64,000 bases of DNA, from the NCBI GenBank assembly GCA_951406725.2, contig OX597826.1, forward strand, positions 57,164,001-57,228,000, in the 5' to 3' direction. Below are positions 53,373 through 64,000 of this stretch, in pieces. The position numbers were made by a program, and so were the translations under genes. Positions within the stretch are counted from its first letter, which is position 1. Each line of letters begins with the position of its first letter. This DNA comes from Octopus vulgaris. Its lineage: Eukaryota. A model generated the notes under the pieces. The model saw only the letters and a list, made by a program, of their open reading frames with translations. It did not search any database and was not told where the DNA came from.

Positions 53373-54781
53373 CCCAAGGGTGGAGTGAAAACACTCTTGA
53401 ATTGTTCATTCAGTATTTCACTTACCCTCATTGGTTTTCCTGTGAGTGTGCCATCCTTTTCAAGGAGTGGCCCTATCCTACAGTGCACTGTAGCCGTTTC
53501 TTTGGCATACCTGTAGAAAGCTCTGGGGTTAGTTTTTATGTTGTCTATAGCCCAGGCTTCTTTGTCTGCTCTTTCCTTCTCATGGGAAAGTTGCAGACAA
53601 TTTTCAATTTCCAACAGTTTTATTTTCAGGCGGGACTTTTCACTACTTTCAATTTGTTTGTTTAGGCGATTTGAAATTTTTGTACGCCGTCTCATTAAAA
53701 TTTTCCTCTCTCTGGGGATTTTGTTCTTGTGTACAGTGGCCTTTCTCTCTGGGACACATTTGTAGCATATGGCTTGCATTACAGACATGAATTGTTGAAG
53801 TATCATGTCGATGTCCGGCGAGGAGAGACATTCAGGCCAGTTTTGTTTGAGGATCTCTTTCTCAATTTGTTTCCAGTTTGCCTTATTGAAGTTCAAGCTG
53901 GAAAGATTCTGAGGGTTTCTTGTAGGCTGCATGTCCGTGCTCTCTTTTGGCCCGTACATGGTCAGCTCTACCATGTTGTGATCCGAGAGTAGTGTCGGTG
54001 TCACTTTCACATTATGGATGAGATCCATATTATTTGTGAAGCAGAGATCCAGTGTGTTACCTGCTCTGGTTGGTTGCAGTACTACTTGCTCCATGTACAG
54101 GGTGTTGGTGAGGTTCAGGAGGGACCTCGCCTGTCCACGTTCACATCTTGTCATTCCTGGGAGAGAAAGGCCCTCGGGCCATCTGACATTCGGTAGATTG
54201 AAGTCTCCCATGAGAAGTACACTTATGTGTTGGTCTAATGTGGTTAGAACTTCTTCTATTTTTAAAAGGCAGTCCTCGAACTTGCCCATATGACTTGGGG
54301 CATCTGGAGGGCGATATGTAGCACACACAACTACATCAAGTTGCCTTATGTGTACAATTAGTGTGTCACACACCGAGTTTGAGTACGACAAAAGGACCTG
54401 GGGTGTGAGGTCCCCACGGATGTACATAGCAACTCCTCCATGACTCCTTTCTTTCCTGTCGGTCCGTAGTACAACATACTGTGGTATGTGTAATTCCGCA
54501 TCTGCTATGTCCGGTTTCAGATGCGTTTCTGTGAGTGCTATGCATAAGGCTTGATTGCATGCGACAAAGTCTCTCAGGAACGGGACTTTTGTCCTGTTAC
54601 TGTGTGTTAGTAGACCTCTGATGTTCAGTAGGAGCATCGAGGTGAGGTGTATGCTGTTGCCGGCGTTGTCCACCCTGGGTCCATCTGCTGTGGCGGTCTT
54701 GTGAACTGTGGGCAGTTCCATCTGCGAGCCTGAGCCTGATGGAGCCAGGTTAGCTGCTGTACAATCTTTTGTGCCATGCAC
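53373..54781 (-). CDS. LINE ORF2, apurinic-type endonuclease part
   Basis: Motifs NIRGL, LTETHL, GGVAMY, YRPP, GDFN, LDL, SDH; frame shifts after FKSVFTPPL. Confidence 0.93.
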
Positions 54782-54906
54782 AAAAAAGATTCCTGCTCAG
54801 CAGCTGCCCTTTCAACAACACGTTGGTGGTTTGTGGTACGCACCACATCTGCGTACCTCCGTTTTGGGGCAGGTGATGCCTGGTCCATCCCATTTCCTTT
54901 CGGAAA
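54625..54906 (-). CDS. LINE ORF1 C-terminal fragment overlapping ORF2
   Basis: Open frame [24 protein letters not shown]...YTSPRCSY* directly upstream of and overlapping ORF2; (S/R)YADVV-like motifs are common in LINE ORF1 proteins. Confidence 0.6.
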   Translation of the reverse strand, partial: FPKGNGMDQASPAPKRRYADVVRTTNHQRVVERAAAEQESFLCMAQKIVQQLTWLHQAQARRWNCPQFTRPPQQMDPGWTTPATAYTSPRCSY

Positions 54907-54933
54907 TATATATATACATACATATATATATAC

Positions 54934-55044
<111 letters not shown>

Positions 55045-55045
55045 C

Positions 55046-55106
<61 letters not shown>

Positions 55107-55123
55107 CATATATATATATATAC

Positions 55124-55176
<53 letters not shown>

Positions 55177-55340
55177 CTCACGGAGTGGTTGGCATTAGGA
55201 AGGGCATCCAGCTGTAGAAACTTTGCCAGATAAGACCGGAGCCTGGTGCAGCCTTCTGGCTTCCCAGATCCCCGGTCGAACCGTCCAACCCATGCTAGCA
55301 TGAAGAACGGACGTTAAACGATGATGATGATGATGATGAT
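55177..55340 (+). mobile_element. family C 3' fragment with (GAT)n tail, young
   Basis: ggagtggttggcattaggaagggcatccagctgtagaaac ... cggacgttaaacgatgatgat. Confidence 0.88.
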
Positions 55341-55357
55341 ACGCACACACACATATA

Positions 55358-55530
55358 TCACAATCCGCAGCCAGGTCTGACCAGCATTGGTGGTCAATAT
55401 GACATGCTGTTAGAGACTTCTTGAGGCAGTCTTTGTAGCGCTTCCTCAGAGATCCTCTCACATGGTGACCAGGGCAATCTTAGGAAGGCGATGGTTCTCT
55501 ATTCTGGAGACATGCCCTGCTCATCTTCAA
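55358..55530 (-). mobile_element. RTE/BovB-like ORF C-terminal remnant
   Basis: LR*AGHVSRIENHRLPKIAL...RGSLRKRYKDCLKKSLTACHIDHQCWSDLAAD. Confidence 0.8.
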
Positions 55531-55939
55531 CACAGTCTGCGAGTTTGAGGAACAAAGAAGACACGCGCTTAAAGACAAGATATGCAGGAGGAATGCATGT
55601 TTTCATAGGATTTTCAAAATGAATGACACTGCTGTATGAGAGTGGCACCTATTTGCAACTACCATGCAATGTCAAGGAAAGAAGATGGTACTGCCTCACC
55701 AGACACACACACATACATACATGTATATATGGCGATGGGATGGTATCAGTTTCCATCTGCCAAATCCTCTCACAGGACTTTGGTTGTCCAGGAGCTATTT
55801 ATACATCCATAATGCTCCATTTTCTTCCTTTCATCATTTAAAAATTAGTTGTTTAAATAAAAACAAGTACTTTTCAAAAACTAAATAATTTCAGATAAAT
55901 TTAAATAGTTGAAATAAATACCTTCTCTCTCTCTCTTGC

Positions 55940-55973
<34 letters not shown>

Positions 55974-55989
55974 TATATATATATATATA

Positions 55990-56175
55990 GTGAGAATTTA
56001 CAAAAAAAAAAAAAAGACAAAGACGGGTGTGTAAACAACAAACAAATGTATTAGTTTAACACTCAGGAAGTGAAAAAGTCTTTTATGTTTTGAGCCTATG
56101 CTCTTCGACAGAATGGAACACAGAAATAAACAGGGAGAGAAAATAGAGAAAGGTTTAGTGGCTAGAGATCTCTCA
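55990..56175 (-). mobile_element. probable Penelope-like fragment with decayed hammerhead-like motif
   Basis: Minus strand CTGTCGA-A-GAGC-ATAG-GCTC-AAAAC-ATA at 56113-56078; (TA)n on both flanks. Confidence 0.45.
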
Positions 56176-56966
56176 TATATATATATATATATATATAGGC
56201 CAGACAGAATTTTGTTGAAGCAGCATTTCTATGGCTATATGCTCTTCCTCTTGCTATCCCTCACCTGTTTCCAAGCAAGATAACATTTCCCCATGAAAAG
56301 ACATAGATGGCTGGGGAAGGACACCACTTGCATGATGGTGGCACACTTTTACAACAATCACTTGATAGCAAGGCAAGGAGTCAGTAACACACACATACAC
56401 AAATGAAATCAAATGCAGATAATGCAATGGGCTTCTTTCAGTTTCCATCAACAAAATCCACTCACGAGGCTTTGGTCAGCCTGAGGCTTCAGAAGATATG
56501 TACTCAAGGTGCCATGCATTGGTAGTGAATCTTGCTCAAAGTATATATATATATATACATACATATATATATATATATATTTATATATATTCATGATAAG
56601 GATGCAAACTGTATGTGTGTTTGTGTGTGTGTGTATACATGTATATACACACAAATATTTTCATGAGGATACAAGTTCATCAAGGTTCAGTTCTCAGTCC
56701 CCTGCTGTGCCTCATAGTCCTACGATGGCATGTAAGAGGTCTGTGAGAACTCCTATGTATTGATGGTCTTGTTCTCATAGCTGAATCTATGGGGGAATTA
56801 GAGAGAACATTCTAGGTATAGAAGCAAAATCAAGAATTGAGAGGTCGCGAAGGAAACTTAGCAGGCTAAGGTTGTAGTAAGCAGGACAGAAGACAGAACT
56901 TTGGTATCTTCAGGGAAATAGCCTTGTATGATATGCAGGAAAGTATATATATATAAACTCGATACA

Positions 56967-57128
56967 GGCGCAGGAGTGGCTGTGTGGTAAGTAGCTTGCT
57001 TACCAACCACATAGTTCCGGGTTCAGTCCCACTGCGTGGCACCTTGGGCAAGTGTCTTCTACTATAGCCTCGGGCTGACCAAAGCCTTGTGAGTGGATTT
57101 GGTAGACGGAAACTGAAAGAAGCCTGTC

Positions 57129-57190
<62 letters not shown>

Positions 57191-57400
57191 TTGTGTGTCT
57201 GTGTTTGTCCCCCTAGCATTGCTTGACAACAGATGCTGGTGTGTTTATGTCCCCGTCACTTAGCGGTTCGGCAAAAGAGACCGATAGAATAAGTACTGGG
57301 CTTACAAAGAATAAGTCCCGGGGTCGAGTTGCTCGACTAAAGGCGGTGCTCCAGCATGGCCGCAGTCAAATGACTGAAACAAGTAAAAGAGAAAGAGAGA
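56967..57400 (+). mobile_element. SINE family A, full length, young
   Basis: As 8301-8735. Confidence 0.93.
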
Positions 57401-57479
57401 TACTGCATCCAACGTAAATTAATGCTAGTTAATCTGAAAGTATAGAAGTCAGAGCAAAACGAAGTTGGGGAAAGTTCAA

Positions 57480-57825
57480 GGGGCTTCACTTGCTGGCTGG
57501 TAACAAAGGTCTTTTCTCTCAGAGTAAAGGGTAGATTGCATGATGTGTGTCTGAGAAATGTGATGCCACATGGTAGTGAAACATGGGCCTTAAATGCAAA
57601 GGGTTTGAGAAGACTGGAAAGAAATGAAGCGAGCATGCTCTGCTGGAAGCAATGCAATGACAAAAGACAAAGGGGTATGAAGTGTAGGGTACAAGAACAA
57701 AGACTGTGCTTGTATGGACATATGATGCATAAGGATAAGCTGAGCTGTATAAAGAAGTGCACTGCTCACTTAATGTGGATGGAGTTTGTGGATAAGGAGA
57801 CTCAGTAAACATGGGACGCAGTGTC
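57480..57825 (+). mobile_element. RTE-clade ORF remnant
   Basis: RVKGRLHDVCLRNVMPHGSETWALNAKGLRRLERNEASMLCW...VQEQRLCLYGHM; homologous to 14128-14430. Confidence 0.8.
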
Positions 57826-58842
57826 TTTTGTGTCTCACACACACTCGTATGTACGTGTGTATGTGTGTGTCTGTCTGTATACACATGTCTATGCATTTGT
57901 TTCGCCAGATTCTTGATGTGAAAAGATGTGTTGAAACAAATATTGTTATATTTCGGGGTGGTCATTTTTTCTCATTTTTTTTATCCACATAAATACATGC
58001 ACTATATATTCATTCATCAATTCAGCTTTATTATTGTTCTTATTTTTAATGTCCTTCGTCTCTGAAATCTTTCATCACACATCCTGTGACCTCTTCACCA
58101 ACTCTCCATCCCATGTGTCTCATATACACATGCACAGCTGTCCCCACTGTACTTTTTTCTTCAAAGCGTCTCTACCACCCATCATCTCTCTAACTGTATA
58201 CTTCAGTTTCTCTCTGATATCATTTACCCTACCCATCTTACTTACCTTACAATCATTTGACTGTTATCCAGGTTTCAGTTTTAATACTGTCTTCTCCACC
58301 CACATTTTACACTGATAATTATAACACACACACACACACATATATGCATGCACACACACATAATTACACACTGTAAAAACATATATACGATATTTCAATA
58401 TGTGCATGTGTGCATATAAATATATATATATATATACAAAACATATGCACATACAAGCTCTTATTTTATACGTGTTTAAACAAATGCACATGTTAAGCTA
58501 TGCACATTTATATGTATACATATATTTGATAGAGCCTGTATGATAGTGTGCATTTACATGCATGCTCTGTGTGCCTGTGTGCATGTTCACAAGTGTTGTG
58601 TGTGTGTGTATGAGTCAGTCACTGTGTGTCTGTAGATACAAGCACTTGTTTGCAGAGGCATAGAATCTGTTTGGAGATAAGCATCGCATTGGAGTATTTG
58701 TAAAAGCTCTCTGATAGTGAATGTGTATGGAACTGGATAAGTATGCATGTATGTATTTATGTGTGTGTGTGTGTGTGTATGAGTGTATGGCTGTGTGTAT
58801 GTACATATGTAAATATGCATGTACATTCATGTTTTGTGTGTG

Positions 58843-58877
<35 letters not shown>

Positions 58878-61143
58878 CATATATGTATGTGTGTATGCTA
58901 GACTTGGCCATCAGTACATGTTGTTGACACTATGAAAGGTGCTAGGATGAGTCAGCAACCAAGCAAGTCTTTACAAATGGATTAACCCTTGAGGTGTCTT
59001 CCGCATGGTAAGGTACGAATTTGACAGGGAGTGGAAATTAAGAGTTGGGCAGGAAAGGAGATTGGAGGGTGAGAGAGAGGAGTGTGGAGAGGGAACATCT
59101 ATCTATGCATGAGAGTAAGAGGGATACAGATGACAGATGAGAGGGAGAGAGAAAGTAAGAGAAATATAGCGAAAGATAAATAAGGAGTGAAAGAGAGAAG
59201 GAGTGATGGCAAAGAAGGAGAAGATTAGAAGTGTTGAATTATGGTGCCAAGAAAGGCGCCAAATGATGGAGACAGCACTATGGATAACAGACAAGGAAAC
59301 AAGTGGAGACAGAGATACCCACACCCCAACCTAATGAAAGAGAATGGTTGGGAGAAGAAGTGAGGGTAGATAAAGAAAAACATGCAAAAATGAATTAAAA
59401 AACATACCAAGATAAAATAAAAATAATCAATATACAAATAACAAAAACCTGAACCCTAAAAAAAAAAAATCAATAATCCAAAGTAGTGAAAGGATAGAGA
59501 GAAAAGGACAAAGAATGTGATTAGGTAACTAGAAAAAGAAAAAAAAAACCTAAAACAAATTTTAACTTCTGTTTTAAGGGATTTGAAAAATAAAGAGAGA
59601 GGGAGAGAGACAGAGGGAGAGAGACAGAGTGAGAGAGAGAAAATTTAGGGAATTTTGAGAAATGAGATAAGTTAGTTAATGTTATCAACTAAATTATGTA
59701 ATACAGTATGTGTGAGTCACAGTTGTGTAGGAGGCACAGTGGTATACCTGGTGCAGTGCCACTAGATGCTCAGTGTTATGTATATATGGCACTGTGACAT
59801 AAGAGAAGGCACAGTGACTTTGTGATTTGGTGAAGCTGGACTTACTGACTACAGAGTTTTTTTTTCTCTTCTACAGATCAAGGAAAACATCTGAGCCTTT
59901 AGGGTTCACCATAGGTACCACTCAGAAGGAAGTGAGAGACAGTAACTGCCAGAATGATAGTTGCTTTAGCTATCTAATGAGGAAGCCTCTACATGGCTAC
60001 CCGACCTATTAGAAATAACAACCAAATCTCTCCCCCACCCCACCCCCCACGCCATCATACTGCCTACCATCTTAAGGAAAAAAAAAATGAAGCATGCATT
60101 AGATAATGTAGTTCTAAATACACTAAGTCTAAAAAAAGAAGACAAGGTTGTCACGACTTGACTACCTTTGATCTTAGGTCCGTTTGATCAAAATTGACCT
60201 TGGGCTGACCTGCAACGGCAACAACACAACATAACCAACAGTTCTCTACCAATCTATATGCAAATGTCCTAATGTCCAGCAGACAAAGGCTATTCTTGTA
60301 AAGGTACCATCATAGAAATGATATTAACATAAAATATATTTTAATACATAAGCCTTGTTGCTGCTGTTGTTGTTGTTGTTGATGGTGGTGGTGGTGGTGG
60401 TGATGGTGGTGGTATGGCAATTGCTGCTTTTGTTGTTATTGTTCAGGCCCAAATCATGCTTGATCGATCAGACACACACGATCAAAGGCATTCCAGCTAT
60501 GATCATACCAATTTTTTTTTCCCCAGCATAGTGTAACTAGATTACATTAACTAATGTGCCAGTTCTAATATTAAGTCAGTATAGAGTGATTTGATGGAGA
60601 TTCGGCCGCTATTTTTAGCAGATCAAGCAACCACATACAAACGTCTTCATTGGTGGCAGTGTGTGTGTGTGTGGGGGAGGCTGAGGTGGTGGTTATTGTT
60701 GGTGTTTGATTAAAAGAAAAAAAATTAAATATAATTTTTTTTCCTCCTCTCATTTTTGTTTGTTTCTCTTCCTGCTAACATGAGTTAGATGGGTATGCAA
60801 ATTTGGATATTTGCGACACTTGTTTAAGCAAGTGTATACTTCATGGTCTGGTGAACTTCCTATATCCAACAGTCCAATCATTCAAATTCTTCAAATTACA
60901 TGCTTGTTAAATCAATAGTAGGCCAACACTTCTACTTTAACCCTTACAACTGAGCAGAGGAAAGGGATTTACTTGAAGTGTAATTTTTCTGCAATCTTGG
61001 AGCATAACATTTTGTGCTGTCAGGTCACATGACTCTTTCACTCGATCATCATCCCCTCCTCCATTGTAAAAATAAAAATAAAAAATTCCTAAAAACTTAT
61101 ACCAATTTATTACAAGGATAGGGGTCCCTATGGCTTTTCAATA

Positions 61144-61189
61144 TCATGTATGCATATATTCCTATATATATATATATATATATATATAC

Positions 61190-61242
<53 letters not shown>

Positions 61243-61296
61243 CATGTATGTATGTATGTATATATATATATATACATACATACATACATACATACA

Positions 61297-61352
<56 letters not shown>

Positions 61353-61360
61353 TATATACA

Positions 61361-61454
<94 letters not shown>
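61144..61454. repeat. (TA)n/(TACA)n microsatellite
   Basis: Direct inspection. Confidence 0.95.
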
Positions 61455-61456
<2 letters not shown>

Positions 61457-62230
61457 ACTATCAATCATAAATACCTTAACAAATTAATTTAGATATGTAT
61501 GTGTGACAGAGTGAAATAAAATATACTATGTTTTGTGTATGTGTGGGGACTGTTTGGTTTGTGCTTAAGTAAATATTCATCTTTATAATGTCATGTGATT
61601 ATAAAGGTAGAGAGGCGGTGCAAACAACTGATATATAAATCTTTTTGGAACAGCATGAATATAACATCTTCCCATTTCCCCTCTCTCTCTCTCACGCTCT
61701 TGCAAATGAAATGAAACTCAATTTCATTACACTGTCAAAGCATATAGTTTTTATACATATGTTCATCTGTACATTTTATACAGTGTCTGGGCAAAAGTGA
61801 TGGCAGCTGATCTCAGATGTTAAAACTCAGGAAGGAGATGACAAATGACCGTAACAAGAATAAAGATGCTGTTCCAAAGAAGACTTGTGTAAGACATGCA
61901 AGCATGAAAAAACAAACATTAAAATCATAAGGATAACATTTCTTTAACATTATATTTTTTGTCATAGATTTTCCTTTATTTTTCTTCTTTTCTTAACATA
62001 TAAGATTGATTCTTTTTTTTTTTTCTTTTTTTTCTAATGAACGATCTGGTTATTTTCTAAAGTGTAAGTTTATTTTCTCTGACTCACTTTTTCAACAAAC
62101 TTCTGCATTTATTTTTCTCTACTTTTGAAAGTTTGTTTAAAGTAATCTATATTGCTAAAGCCAATACTGAAAATTTAAGAACAATTATAACAATAATAAT
62201 AATATTACTTAGAAAAAAAATAATGATATA

Positions 62231-62293
62231 TGCCCCAGCATGGCCACAGCTCATGAGCTGAAACTGGAAAAATCAAATCAAAATCAATCAAAT
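62231..62293 (+). mobile_element. extremely 5'-truncated insertion of the CR1/L2-group LINE family (3' tail only)
   Basis: TGCCCCAGCATGGCCACAGCTCATGAGCTGAAACTGGAA plus TCAA-like repeats, matching the 3' end at 51585-51645. Confidence 0.8.
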
Positions 62294-62336
62294 ATAAATA
62301 CACACACACACACACACAAACACACACAAAGGCACT

Positions 62337-62553
62337 TTTTCTCTTTTATTCTCTTTTATACTTGTTTCAGTCATTTGACTGTGGCCATGCTGGAGCACCG
62401 CCTTTAGCCGAGCAAATCGACCCCGGGACTTATTCTTTGTAAGCCCAGTACTTATTCTATCAGTCTCTTTTGCCGAACCGCTAAGTGACGGGGACGTAAA
62501 CACACCAGCACCGGTTGTCAAGCAATGCTAGGGGGACAAACACAGACACACAA

Positions 62554-62614
<61 letters not shown>

Positions 62615-62622
62615 TACGACAG
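62337..62622 (-). mobile_element. SINE family A, 3' part through the internal microsatellite
   Basis: Reverse complement of about 57122-57395. Confidence 0.92.
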
Positions 62623-62961
62623 GCACTATTATCCAAAACAGTTTGATTTGGTTCCAGGTTTCTTACAGAAACCTAGCTCATTAAGACTCAGATTACCGAA
62701 TGGAGACTGGCAAACATGCATGCACTCATACATTTATACACAAAAACAAGAATGCACATACTTACACAAACACTCATACAACTAATAACACACTCACATC
62801 CATACACTCATACATCTGTTATACACACACACTTACATTCTCTCTTTCTTGCTGGCTCCTGTTAACTTCCAAATCCTTTCAATGGTCTGCTTGAGATCAA
62901 GGTGCCACCAGCTTACTGTCCATCCATGCAGTCCAAGAAATTTTCCTTTCTAATGCATCCG

Positions 62962-63344
62962 GGGGTCAAAGAAGCTTGAGAGGCAGTTGGATGGAACATA
63001 CACTCGCCTCCTTATGAGAGCTCAAAATCTCTCGTGGAGGCGCCATCCAACCAAAATGCAAATATATGGGAAACTACCACCTGTGTCTTGTGAAAGGTAG
63101 GAGAGTCCAGTTTGCTGGACATTGTTGTAGAGCTGAAAACGAGGCAATTTCTACTCTTCTCCTCTGGAAGCCATCTACTCGCAATACCAGAGGGCGCACA
63201 CTCTCCTACCCTGATGTAATCTCCCGGGATACAGGCATCCAGCAACAGGGCCTCCATAATGCCATGACGGACCGTGAAGTCTGGCGTAGCATGGTAAATT
63301 CCATTGTCTCGACCACGGTCGAACAATGATGATGATGATGATGA
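62962..63344 (+). mobile_element. 5'-truncated RTE-clade LINE (second family) with (TGA)n tail
   Basis: SKKLERQLDGTYTRLLMRAQNLSWRRHPT...[frameshift]RRVQFAGHCCRAENE...LLLWKP...RGR...AMTDREVWR..STTVEQ* followed directly by TGA repeats. Confidence 0.88.
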
Positions 63345-63580
63345 AATGCTGATCTCACTTCTAACTACACCATGTGACCTGTCTTAACTAATAGCAGCCC
63401 ATTTTCCAGTAGCTATCTTAGGCTTCCTGTACTTCTCCATTTGATAATTTGAGCCTGAACAAGCTAGATTCCTAAACCTGCAAAACTTTAAGTTGCATGG
63501 AGCTAAATCAAAATAGTTTAAATAATAGCTTATGTAACTACTACTAAATGTATTGAATGGTTTTTTCTTTTATTTGTCCA

Positions 63581-63609
<29 letters not shown>

Positions 63610-63611
<2 letters not shown>

Positions 63612-63775
63612 TTTATTTCCTCCGTCTTCCCTTCTTTGGATCTTTCCTTTTCCTATGTTTCTGATGAAGAGCTCCACTCAAAATGTTAAATCCTCCTTCT
63701 TTCCTGAGCGTCCAATAATACTATACTTGTTCCACATCCTCGCGTTGTTGTGTTTTCATGTTTGGATTGACTATA
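63610..63775 (+). mobile_element. probable Penelope-like fragment with decayed hammerhead motif
   Basis: GTTT-CTGATGA-A-GAGC-TCC-ACTC-AAAAT-GTT-AAAT at 63657-63691; (TA)n on both flanks. Confidence 0.55.
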
Positions 63776-64000
63776 TATATATATATACACACATGTATAA
63801 ATATTAGAGAGAGAGAGAGAGAGGGAGAGAAAGAGACAGACAGAGACAGACAGACAGAGAGTTATTATATTTATTTTAACTTTTATAATTTATATGAAAT
63901 TATTTACTTCTTTGAATTGTGATTATTTTTCCTAAAATAACTAACTTTTAAACATTCATTTTCTTTAAGTGTCTCTAATTTGATTAATTAGGTAATTTCT

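Larger units (their letters stand above)
51585..54906 (-). mobile_element. CR1/L2-group LINE, 5'-truncated, about 3.3 kb, (TCAA)n tail
   Basis: ORF1 end, EN and RT domains, short 3' UTR and TCAA tail; both ends embedded in (TA)n. Confidence 0.95.

Noticed and set aside
51604-54293. Plus-strand ORFs overlapping the LINE
   Set aside because: Antisense shadows of the LINE ORF2.

Overview
AT-rich, microsatellite-saturated animal genomic DNA. The repeat families look like those of an octopus or other coleoid cephalopod; this is inferred from recognition, not from a search. Almost all ORFs in the supplied track are (TA)n/(CA)n/trinucleotide artefacts. The only long coding sequence is a young, 5'-truncated CR1/L2-group LINE on the minus strand (51585-54906), with the end of ORF1 and an APE-endonuclease/RT ORF2 broken by one frameshift. 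The rest is layered mobile DNA: at least three tRNA-headed SINE families, an older SINE-like family, RTE-derived elements, a Dong/R4 remnant, non-autonomous Helitrons, TTAA (piggyBac-type) MITEs, and mariner and MULE fossils. The most striking structure is a perfect 131-bp-arm inverted repeat (39942-40207). Each arm carries a minimal type I hammerhead ribozyme of the Penelope-like-element kind, arranged so that the antisense arm is always transcribed first. Decayed hammerhead-like motifs occur elsewhere in (TA)n tracts. Repeated minus-strand pyrimidine tracts and several splice-signal-bounded islands suggest the window lies inside a large minus-strand gene. Candidates include a GPI-signal-like terminal exon (41970-42102), an exon at about 49097-49289 and microexons. 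None of these can be confirmed or named from sequence alone.
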